DNA of 64,000 bases. Source: Chiloscyllium plagiosum. Taxonomy: Eukaryota. The first letter of the stretch is position 1, and each line of letters opens with the position of its first letter. The stretch covers positions 11,010,161 through 11,074,160 of the forward strand of contig NC_057755.1 of the NCBI RefSeq assembly GCF_004010195.1, in the 5' to 3' direction. The translations under genes were made by a program, and so were the position numbers. Below are positions 39,201-50,544 of the stretch, piece by piece. The notes under the pieces were generated by a model, which saw only the letters and a program-made list of their open reading frames with translations, was not told the DNA's origin and ran no database searches.

Positions 39201-39370
39201 AAACTACAATTTTGGTTCCCATTCCCCTGCTGGATTAGCTTAAACCCACCCCAATAATTTCCCAGATCCCCCAGTATATTGGTACCCCTCTGGTTCAGAT
39301 GAAGACCATCCTGCTTGTAGAGGTCCCACCTACCCCAGAAACAGCCCCAATTATCCAAGAATCAAAAACC
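36268..39370 (-). mobile_element. Long CR1 LINE (ORF1 esterase end + EN + RT), frameshifted
   Basis: DGLHLN (ORF1), YFNARTIRNK, VMGDFN, PTRGEATLDLVL, NYRPVSLTSVVGK, FADDTK; (TTCTATG)n tail. Confidence 0.92.
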
Positions 39371-39379
39371 CTCCCTCAA

Positions 39380-39770
39380 ACTTGAGTCAATATTTATGAA
39401 GGCAAATACAATGTTGGCATTTATTTTGAGAGGACTTGAATACAAAAGCAGGATGTTTCCATTGGTAGGAGAGACTAGGACACGAGGGCACAGCCTTAGA
39501 GCAAAGGGAAAACCTTTTAGAACGGAGATAAGGAGAAACATATTCAGCCAGAGGGTGGGGAATCGATGGAACTCATTGCCCCTGAAGGCTGTGGAGGCCA
39601 GGTCATTGAGTGTATTTAAGACTGCGATGGATAGGTTATTGAGTATCAAGGGGATCGAACATTATGGGGAGAAAAGAGGAGATTGGGGTTGAAAAACCCG
39701 TCAGCCATGATTAAATGGCGGCAGACTCGATAGGCTGAATGGTCTAATTTCTGCTCCTATGTCCTATGAT
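39380..39770 (+). mobile_element. CR1 3' fragment
   Basis: TRGHSLRAKGKPFRTEIRRNIFSQRV. Confidence 0.8.
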
Positions 39771-40235
39771 GTATTCCTGTGTGAGCTACAAATTTGGCTC
39801 CAGCACGTTTGCTTCCATCATGAAAGTGAAAATACTCAAGTCATTTTGATAAGTTTTTTGTATTCTGCGCCGTGCATGGCCATTGGTTTAGCTGAGTTGT
39901 CTGGAGAGCTGGCTTTCTGTGCAGAGCAGTGATAGTTGGAGAGGTTTAAGTGGCAGACTGGCTGAACTGACCATGAAGGACTCTCCCCTTGCCTGAGAGA
40001 GCAGGACTATGGCCTTATCTGTTATGTCTAATTTGAAACGACTCTAATATAGCTTATTGTGCATTTATTTCATTAAGTACTGTATACCTTAGCAACAAAA
40101 GAAATTGCCGATTCATTTAAATTATCCAAATTTAGTATCTAAAATATCAGTATCACCATTGAAACACATTCTATCACAACCGTGTTCTGACACAGATTTG
40201 TTTTTCCCAAATTGTAAAAGATCACTTTGAAAATG

Positions 40236-40280
40236 TTGCAATCCTCATGTCCCTGTGGAGATTTCCAGAGAGTATAAATA
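40236..40280 (+). promoter_or_regulatory. Candidate core promoter of GPCR copy B (TATAAATA 40273-40280; upstream TTGCAAT and TCCCTGTGGAG motifs)
   Basis: TATA box ~78 bp upstream of the exon 1 ATG; motif roles are inferred only. Confidence 0.4.
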
Positions 40281-40350
40281 ATGGGTTTCATTAACTCCGG
40301 AGCTGAATTAAGTTGGATTGTTCATTGAGGCAGAGGAGTGCATTCGGAAA

Positions 40351-40417
40351 ATGCACAGAATAATTCTGATTGCCAACAAAATATATTACGTGATCTTGGC
40401 TGTCATTGGTGTTCCGG
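40351..40417 (+). CDS. GPR139/GPR142-like GPCR copy B, exon 1
   Basis: MHRIILIANKIYYVILAVIGVP + G, then donor GTAAGT. The phase-1 join to 42972 gives GVPVNL (TM1 GxxxN motif). Confidence 0.85.
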
Positions 40418-42971
40418 GTAAGTAGGTTTACACAGAAACTGCGTAAGTATGCTGTCCCTATTTTTACTGAGGGACTGACACTGCGTACAAACCTTTATGC
40501 AGATACCGCATCAGTTTTATCATTTAATTTTCAAAACCTCCATTGGCCTCATATTAACATTGGTGTGTTGATTTATTGCCTCATATACAAGTGGGTTTCG
40601 GATTGCCGTTTGGGGATAGTGAACGCTACAGCTGATGGAAAGTCAGTTTCAGTAAACTGTGGAGCTGGATAAAGCACAACAGGTCTGGCAATATCAGAGG
40701 TGTAGGAGGGTTGATGTTTCAGACAGAGTGTTCATTTGAACCGTCTTGCTCCTCGAGCTGCTGTGTGTGGGGATGGAGTGATTCAGAGCTGGGGAGAGGC
40801 TGGATAAGCTCGGATTGTTTTGTTTGGAACACAGAAGTGGCAAATGTATCCCACTCGGGGGTTATGAGGTCGCCAATGGAATTCAGAAGGATTTTAATAG
40901 TGGTGGCGGCGGGGGTGAGGGGGAGAGGGGATTCTGATGGAAACTTACAGAATACTGAGAGGCCTGGATAAGTGGAAGTGGAGAAGATATTTCCACCAGT
41001 AGGAGTGACACGGGTCTGAGTGTACAGCCCCAGAGAGGAAGGATGACTCTTTGAAGCCGAGATGAGAATCAATCAGAAAACTCACATGCTCAAGTTCATT
41101 TTCTTAAACACTCTCGTTATTTCCATAGTCGTACGGCCCTGTCTTTTAGGAAAATGATTCTGGGATACCTCCTTGTGACAGCCTACCTCTCTCTTCTCAT
41201 TTAACAGCCTCCTTATGACTTTAGACCAAACATTTGCATCCCCATCCTATCGTCTCTGGTGTGTTAGCCCTCCTGCAGCAGCAGCCCCAAAAGATTTGGT
41301 GAGGTGGGGGGCAAATCGGGGGAGGAGTTGGGGAGGGGTGAGTTGAGGCGACGCTGGTTTTATTTTCACTCTCTTCATCGTCCCCTCTCATCCTGTTCTC
41401 CTGCCACCTGCACCCCGCCCAACAAAATAGCACATCCAGATCAAACCGACATCCACTCGTACTTTGTACGCTTCACTGGAACTCCCTGCACAGGATATGT
41501 TTCCATGCAACCTCCCAATTGGATTCCGTCACCATTTTGTTAAAAGATTCATCCAATCGATTTGTGTGACATTTAATGATCCGTCTCTCTATCTCTCTCT
41601 CTCTCTCTTTCTCTCTCTTCACTCATACACACTCTCTCTCACTCTCCCTCTCTCGCTCTCTGTCAGAGCTGTCCTGACTCCCTCCCTATCTGCTCGTGAC
41701 CTCCAGTGCTGGTGGAGTGACCACTTTACCAAGGATCAGCAAAGTGTCGACACGTTTTACCCTCTGGCTTTGGCAGAGAAGAGAGGAGACGGGGTTTCCC
41801 ATTGGAGTTGGAGATCCCAATTTAGTATGTGAGTAATAGGCTGCCCCATAACCCGGGGGTCCCTTTGGCTTTCTTGCTCCAACTGACAGTGACCCAGAGC
41901 ATTGTCCTCACAAGACACTCTCTGTTCCTCAATAAAGCACTTACATTTCCACTAACCCGTCTTCTCCCTTTTCCACCTCATTCATCTTTCAGTTGACTCA
42001 TTCACAGAATGGTGAATGCCTCATTTTCAAATATCTTCTCTGACTCTATCAACATTATAGATATGAACCAGGTCAGACGCAAATGTTATCTAGCGGACAG
42101 CATCACTTAGCTTCTCTCCTGATGAATGCTACCTGACCAGATGTGAGTTTCCATTTATTAATGCGTACTTGCTTTTTTTTGTAAAATCACACTCCTGGCT
42201 CGCTGAGTTTTTTTTATTGTTGAGGATTTACAACTAAGTAACTCGAGGTCACAGAGTCCTGGAGATGTACAGCGCAGAAACAGACCCTTCGATCCATTTC
42301 GTCGATGCTGACCAGGCATCCATAATTAATCTCAGCCCATTTGTCAGTGGCAAATGATTCTGAGGCATCAGGGGAGGTGGAATCCCTATTGTAAATCCGT
42401 GTCTTAAGATCGTAAGAAATAGGAACAGGAGTAGGCCATTGGGCCCCTCGAGCCTGCTGTGTCTTTCAATGGGATCATGGATGATCTGACATTCCTCACG
42501 TTCCGTCGTTTCTCCACACCCTGGCTGAACAAGATTCTATCCATGTCAGCCTTAAATACACACAAGGGCTCTGCCCCCACAGCTACCTGCAGCAAGGAGT
42601 TCCAAAGACTCACACCCCTCTGAGAGAAGAAATTCTTCCTCATCTCAGTCTTTTCGTGGCCAGGGCAGTTCCTTCGTCAGGTGAAATGAAAAAAGGGCAG
42701 TGTTCAGAAAGCTTGTGATTTCAAAGAAACCTGTTAAACTATAAGATGGTGGGGTGTGACGAGTTAAGTTCGAGGTTGGGAATATAATTCACACATATTC
42801 AGATTTGAACAGGAAGTGAACAAAGGCTTATCCCATAAACTCTCAGCTTGTTAGACCCGGGAATAGGCATGTTTGAGATGACGCTTCAGCAAGTTAAAGC
42901 CTTTTGTTTGGTACAAAAGTGAATCCAGAAAATATGTTTGATTCAAACGTGTCCTTTTCTCGCCCCTGCAG

Positions 42972-43867
42972 TTAATTTAGGTTCGCTCATGATCCTGTAT
43001 CAGGGGAAGTGTGGCCTGTCCTCCTGCACGACTTGCTGTCTGGTAGCCATGGCAGGATCGGATCTGATAGTTCTTATCACTGAGGTTATATTGAGGCACA
43101 TCAATCGTTATTACTTCCCATTATCTTTCTTAGATTTGACTCCATTGTGCAGCATAATCTATGTCTTATCAACAGCAGCCACCTCCTGCTCTGTTTGGTT
43201 CATGGTCACTTTCAGCTTTGATCGATTTGTCATTATCTGCTGCCGGAGACTGAAACTTCAATATTGCACAAAGAGAAATGCAGTTGTAATTCTATCAACA
43301 ACCTGCACCCTGATCTGTTTAATGCATGTTCCTATCTACTTTAGATTTAAACCTTATGCAATACTTTGCAATCTCCCATGGCTCTGTGTTTCAAAGCTGA
43401 GCTACTACAGCGATTCGAGCTGGGTGCGATTTAAATGGTTCCTCACAGTTTTTTACCCATTACTGCCATTTGTTCTAATACTGCTGCTCAACGCTCTGAC
43501 AGTCAGACACATGATAGTGGCCAGTCGAGTGCGGAAGGGACTGAGGGGACAGAGCAAGGGAGAGAATCGCAGTGACCCAAAGATGGAGAGCCGGAGGAGG
43601 TCTATAATTTTACTCTTTACCATTTCTGGCAGCTTTGTAATTCTGTGGTCCGTATATGTGGTAAATTTCATTTATAATATTATTCCAGGAACCAATCTCA
43701 CAGATGGTGATCATTCTTTACTCCTATTTGAACATGTCGGAGTCATGCTGGTTAATTTAAGTTGCTGTACAAATGCATTTATTTACGGGGTGACACAATC
43801 CAAATTTAGACAGCAGATCACGAAAGCACTGAAATGTAATTTTTACATAAATCAACACCATGAATAA
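42972..43867 (+). CDS. GPR139/GPR142-like GPCR copy B, exon 2 (spliced product ~320 aa)
   Basis: Acceptor CCTTTTCTCGCCCCTGCAG|TT; intact frame with DRF and NAFIY; stop TAA at 43865-43867. Confidence 0.9.
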
Positions 43868-44835
43868 CCAAATGCTTGTCCCAGTGTTTCCAAACTATGG
43901 ATGGCGCTTTAGTACATTAACTTGATATTTGTAAATGTCTCCATTGGCAGGCCTGAGAGCAAAGGGAAGACCCATCATAATGGACAAAAAGACAAACGTC
44001 TTTAGCCAGAGAGTGGTGAATATGTGAAATTCATTGTCTCAGAGGGCTGTGGAGGTCAGGTCGTTGCATGTATTTAAGACAGAGATAGCTGAGTTCTTGA
44101 TTGTCAAAGGTATCAAGGGTCATAAGGAAAAAGTAGAAAAATGGGGTTGAGAAAACCTGTCAGCGATGGTTGAATGGCAGAGCAGACCTGATGGGCCGAA
44201 CGGCCTAATTCCTGTTTCTATAGTCGTAAAGCTTAGAAGGGGTAAACTTCTTTGCAAGTATCCAGGAGAGCTGTCTAGGCCAAAATACAAAGAAACGCAT
44301 AGGTGAAAAGTCCTCAGACTAATTTTAAAAGTGGAGCAGAAGTGACTATTTCCGGTTTAGCAGAATGAACAAAGTTTATCAATAGTAAAAGAGTTGACCA
44401 CTACTCAACGAGACTTGCATTTGAAACTTTCTCAACTGCAACATCACGCCACTTCGCAACTGAGGATCTGAAAGATGATTTGAAAAGCTAATCCCACCAC
44501 ATCTTATGCGGTTATATCACGTTCATGAAAGAATAAGACTCTCTCTATTTTTACGCACTGTTCATACTTTATAAAAAGAAAAGTGATCATTTGGAGTTTG
44601 AAATGACTTGCGGATTTTTCAGAGACCTTGAAATGAGCAGATCCGGAAAACTAAAATCTGGAACTTTTCCAGTTCTCTTTCCACATTGTTGCTGTCAATT
44701 CAAGAAATAGAAACAGAAATTCGTCCAAAAGAGCATCTGGAAATTTGTTGTTAATTGCAGTGAAAGACGAGTATTTTAAACTCACCATAGTTATCAACCC
44801 TAACATTAATTTAACTCAATACATTGGAGTTGCAC

Positions 44836-45247
44836 ACTGAAACTTAAAAATTGCGCAAATTACCAACAACCTGCACCCTGACCTGTTTAATACAGATTTC
44901 TTTCTATTTCAGATTTATAAAATACTGTACATGGCTCTGTGTTATTATGGCGCTGTGTTTCAATGCTGAGCTGTTTTAGTGAGCCCAGCTGGGATTTAAA
45001 TGGTTCATTACAGACTTTTATCCATTACTGCCATTCATTCTAATTCTGCTGCTCTGACAGTCAGACACATTATAGTCGCCAGTCGAGTCCGGAAAGGCTG
45101 AACGGGACAGAGCAAGGGAGAGAATCATGGTGACCCGGGATGGAAAGCAGAAGGAGGTCTATGATTTAACTCTTTACCATTTCTGGCAGCTTTGTAATTT
45201 TGTGGTCTGTGTATGTGATAAATTTCATTTATAATATTATTCCTGGA
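44836..45247 (+). pseudogene. Decayed internal fragment (ICL2 to TM6) of a third GPR139-like paralogue
   Basis: Matches such as CAACAACCTGCACCCTG, CCATTACTGCCATT, ACAGAGCAAGGGAGAGAATC, TTTACCATTTCTGGCAGCTTTGTAATT, with deletions, frameshifts and stops. Confidence 0.88.
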
Positions 45248-48200
45248 TTTGACGACTTTCTGAACATAGTTAAAGTACAAGAATGACAAAGTGCAATACT
45301 AATACAGCTTGAAAGGTTTGAAATGTCAAATTTCCTGGAATATACAGTAATCTCAAGGGAGGCAGCAGTTTAAATTTTGCATCAGTCATCTTAGCTTTGC
45401 CACATACGGCCAGGCATACAACTTCAAACATTTACTGAGCTGACTAACCTTTAGCAGCATTACAGCTCAATCCTCATTCACCTTGGTCCATGTGAAAACA
45501 TACATCTTATTTCAAAGTTTAACCTTACCTCTCCCTAGAATGTTTGCAAGGAATCTGAACAATATATGTTCCACCCAAACAATATACTCAAACTTAACTT
45601 GATTTAGCTTGGATTTTTGAGTCTTGACACTTATGCCACTGCTGCAGACTACTCAGATTGCGAAACAGTCCATGACACCGATACAGGAAGATCTGAAAAA
45701 CAAAAGACACTTGGATAGATGCATGAATAGAAAAGGTTTGGAGGGATATGGGCCAAGAGCAGGCATTTGGATCTATTTTTGTTTGGGATTATGTTCGGTA
45801 TGGACTGGTTGATACATGGGTGGAATGATGGAGAAATCTTATTTATGGATCCTTCAATCTTCCAGAGAGTCAATCATTAAAAATTGCAGTTGGTGCTAAC
45901 TACAACTGTACAACACATGGACTTAGGTGGGTTGTTACGTTTCATTCACCAGACTGTAGAAGACATTATTACGCCAGTGTTTAAGTGACAAATTAAATCC
46001 CCCTGTGCAGCAGCTAAATCTGTTCCAAAAGGACTGATAACAGCAGCTGCACAGAGCCTTATCCTCCCAACCCGGAGACCCCACATGCCAAGTGCAGAGA
46101 CAGTTTCAGACCAGGCAATGATGTAAATCCTACCGTACGTGTGACTAACCCGATCCCACAATACAAACAATGACTGACGTCCTCTGATTAATCATATGCA
46201 TCACTTAAACTTGAGCTGGCAATATCTGCCTCTCAGTAACTTACATTTGTAATAGTGGTCAGTTTATCTCTCCAGTACAAGTGACACTTGAACCCATGAT
46301 ATAGTTAACCACGCTGCTTTTGTCCCACTATTGGTATTAATCACATCTGACTAAGCTAATCCTATTCTACTGGTGCTATACAAATGGCGAACGCGACCAT
46401 TTTCTAGTTCTTTGGCATCTCACCCTATCAGTAGATGTGATTGTACTGCTCAGATACGAGGAGGAGAATCTCATTAACATGAGATGTAGTAATATTAGTT
46501 CATTAATGCTAGAGTCCTGAGGATACACCGGAGAAAACCGTGCTGGTCTGGTATTAATCCCCAGGTACAGATATCTCGTTGTGATTCTCTGGTTGTACAG
46601 TGACACATGATCGAACAAAGATATTTTGAGAGGAGTTGTACTGCTACATGTACATAATGCGTCACCGTGCTTTTTTGATATGGGAGTTACTGGCACCCTG
46701 CACCAATCATCTCATTTACTGATGTCCTGCACCAATTCTCCAGTTTATTGTTTCCCAACAACAATTCCCCCATTTACTGATTCTCCCATTGAGGGGTGCT
46801 ACACTCTTATTCTCCCATTCAGTGCTGTCCTGCTACAATTCTCCTACTTAGTGCTGAATCGCACCAATTCTCTTATTTAGTGCTGCAATATCCAGGACTC
46901 ACGCTTCAATCATGCGACATTACCACAATTCAAAACCTCTTATAATAAAGTACAGCCACAGTATTGACCATCTCATAATGATACATTCCCAAGGTTTTGA
47001 CCATCTGACAGTGCTTCAGTATTTCAGATAATGGGAGAATTGGTGTAGGGGAGTACTAAATGTGTCATTGCTTGAGGGTCAGAATTAAGAGACTATCACA
47101 CGATTAGAGGGTCAGTACTCAGATATCATGGCTCTATCAGACAGTCAATATTGAGGGACTGAATCACAGTTAGAGCTTGAACACTGAAGGTGTGCCTCAT
47201 TTTCAGAGGGTCAGAATTGAGGGAATCCATTATTGCCAGAGTATCAATCCTGAGGCAGCGCCTCATAATCCAGGAGTCTGATTATGGGAGTGTGAAATGA
47301 TTTTTGGGTCAGTACTGAGAAAATCAATCACAGGGTCAGTTCTGAGGGCAAGCCTTATTGTCACAGGTTCCCTTCTGATGCAGTGCCCTTTTGTCAATAT
47401 TGAGGGAGACCTTATTGTCAGAGGTTCATTCCTAAGAGTGTGTATCATTGTCAGACAATCTGTTCTGAGGTAGTGCCTTATTGTCATTGGGTCAGAAATG
47501 ACGGCATGCTAAATGATTAATGGATCAGTTCTGATGTATTGCAGCACTCTCAGAGAGTCAATTCTGAGGAAGTAGCTCTTTCGGCTCAGTCCTGAGACAG
47601 GACTCAGTCCTATTGGAGGGCTTCATTGTTACAGGGTCAGTCCTTACTGAGTGCCTTATTTCAGGAGGTCAGAGTTGAGGATGTGCCTCCCAATTAGATG
47701 ATTAGAACTGGGACATTGTAGCTCAATCGGAGGGTTTATACTGAAAGACTGTCTCATTGTCAGAAGTTAAAAAAACACAACACCAGGTCACAGTGCAATA
47801 GGTTTATTTGGAAGCTCTAGCTTTCAAAGCGTTGCTCCTTCATCAAGTGGTTGTACACAACTAGCTGATGAAGAGGCAACGCTTCAAAATCTTATGCTTC
47901 CAAATTTACCTATTGGAGTATAACCTGGTGTTGTGTGATTCTTAACTTTATCCATCCCAGACCAACATCCACACCTCCAAATCATCATTGTCAGAAGATC
48001 AGGAGTGCCTTTTGCCAGAAATTCATTCCTAAGTGTTGGCCACTAAGATAGAGGATTTGTTGTAAGGCAGCACTTCAATGTAATGTCGTCAGAGCTGAGG
48101 GAGAATTACATGATTAGAAGGTGAGTCATGAGGTATTGCAGCTCTGTCAGAGGATCAGATATTTGGGAATGTGTTATTGTTGGAGGGACAATACTGACAC

Positions 48201-49035
48201 AGCGACTTACTAAGAAGGGGTCAATATTGAAGGAGTGCCACCCATTCAAAGGTCAGTCCTGAGGTATTGTTGCACTTTCAGAGGGTCAGTTCTATGGGAG
48301 CGCCTCATTAGCAGATGGTCCGTTCTGAGGCAGTCCCTCACTAGAAGGGGTCAGAGTCCCAAACTGTCAGGGGTCCTTTTCAAGAGTAAACATTAATGGG
48401 AAATGTTTGTTTAGTATCTCCCTCTTCTCCTACGGTTCCACACATTGATTGCCTTGCTATTCTTTCAGGGGCGCTATTCTCTCCCCAGTTACCCTTTTGA
48501 CCTTAATGTATTTTTAGAATCCCTTTGGATTCGCCNNNNNNNNNNNNNNNNNNNNNNNNNNNNNNNNNNNNNNNNNNNNNNNNNNNNNNNNNNNNNNNNN
48601 NNNNNNNNNNNNNNNNNNNNNNNNNNNNNNNNNNNNNNNNNNNNNNNNNNNNNNNNNNNNNNNNNNNNNNNNNNNNNNNNNNNNNNNNNNNNNNNNNNNN
48701 NNNNNNNNNNNNNNNNNNNNNNNNNNNNNNNNNNNNNNNNNNNNNNNNNNNNNNNNNNNNNNNNNNNNNNNNNNNNNNNNNNNNNNNNNNNNNNNNNNNN
48801 NNNNNNNNNNNNNNNNNNNNNNNNNNNNNNNNNNNNNNNNNNNNNNNNNNNNNNNNNNNNNNNNNNNNNNNNNNNNNNNNNNNNNNNNNNNNNNNNNNNN
48901 NNNNNNNNNNNNNNNNNNNNNNNNNNNNNNNNNNNNNNNNNNNNNNNNNNNNNNNNNNNNNNNNNNNNNNNNNNNNNNNNNNNNNNNNNNNNNNNNNNNN
49001 NNNNNNNNNNNNNNNNNNNNNNNNNNNNNNNNNNN

Positions 49036-50310
49036 TCACTGTAACACTCTCTGACATACCCCATACTCCTCACTGTAAGACCCTCTGACATACCCCACAT
49101 CCCTCACTGTAACTCTCTCTGATACGCCCCCACCCCTCACTGTAACACTCTCTGATATACCCCACACCCCTGACTGTCACTCTCTCTGAAATTTTCCCCA
49201 TAACTCTCAGTGTAACACTCTCTGACATACCCCACAGCCCTCACTGTAACACTCTCTGGAATACCCCACCCCCTCACTGTAACAATGTCTGACATACCCC
49301 ATACCCCTCACTGTAACACTCTCTGACATACCCCACACCTCTCAGTGGCACACTCTCTGATATACCCCACACCCTCACTGTTACTATCTCTGACATACCC
49401 CACACCCCTCAGTGTAACCCTCTCCAACATACCCCCACACCCCTCACTGTAACACTCTCTGACATACCCTACAACCCTCAGTGTAACACTCTCTGACATA
49501 CCCTACACCCCTCACTGTAACACTCTCTGACATACCCAACACCCCTCAGTGGCACACTCTCTGACATACCCCACACCCCTCACTGTATCATTCTCTGTCA
49601 TACCCCACACCCCTCACTGTAACACTCTGACACACCCACACCCCTCACTGTAACACTCTCTGATATAACCCACACCTCTCACTGTAACATTCTCTGACAT
49701 AGCCCATACCCCTCACTGTAACACTCTCTGACATACCCTACAACCCTCAGTGTAACACTCTCTGACATACCCTACAACCCTCAGTGTAACACTCTCTGAC
49801 ATACCCTACAACCCTCAGTGTAACACTCTCTGACATACCCTACAACCCTCAGTGTAACACTCTCTGACATACCCTACAACCCTCAGTGTAACACTCTCTG
49901 ACATACCCTACAACCCTCAGTGTAACACTCTCTGACATACCCTACAACCCTCAGTGTAACACTCTCTGACATACCCTACAACCCTCAGTGTAACACTCTC
50001 TGACATACCCTACAACCCTCAGTGTAACACTCTCTGACATACCCTACAACCCTCAGTGTAACACTCTCTGACATACCCTACAACCCTCAGTGTAACACTC
50101 TCTGACATACCCTACAACCCTCACTCTCTTATATACCCCACACCCCTCGCTGCAACACTCTCTGATATACCCCTCACCCCTCACTGTAACATTCACTGAT
50201 ATACCCACACCCCTCACTGTAACATTAAATGCTCTGACATTACCCACACCTCTCACTCTAACACTCTGTGACATACCCCACACCTCTCAGTGTCACATTC
50301 TCTGATGTCC
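49036..50310. repeat. 34-bp minisatellite (CAGTGTAACACTCTCTGACATACCCTACAACCCT)
   Basis: Exact 34-bp period in ~49720-50120 with diverged flanking units. Confidence 0.95.
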
Positions 50311-50378
50311 CACACATATGGCAGTGTTACCCGGAGAATGTTGGGATCCCTGACCGTTAGTTTTGATCTATGTGACAG

Positions 50379-50468
50379 GGCCCTGATCACCCCCACCCAG
50401 GAATGAATTTCACCGCACGAGGATTCCCACGACATTGTTACTTACCCGACAACGAAAAAGGCCGAGAG
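50379..50468 (+). CDS. DTX4: Deltex E3 ubiquitin ligase (DTX4-like), penultimate exon
   Basis: [38 protein letters not shown]; 90 nt, phase 0, Deltex C-terminal (DTC) domain. Not in the ORF track. Confidence 0.9.
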
Positions 50469-50544
50469 GTGAGAGGGAAACGCTCCGTGACATTTTTGGT
50501 GCCGTTGGGAGAGATTTTCCAATGACCCAACCTAGCGGGCACGT

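Larger units (their letters stand above)
42537..48535 (+). repeat. Direct segmental duplication, copy B (partner 15900-20810)
   Basis: Colinear with copy A plus an extra ~1.37 kb (~44687-46060); runs into the gap at 48536. Confidence 0.95.

Noticed and set aside
42938..42971. N-terminus MIQTCPFLAPA of the 309-aa ORF (and the GTG start at 16364 for copy A)
   Set aside because: Intronic polypyrimidine tract/acceptor; the true start is in exon 1 at 40351.
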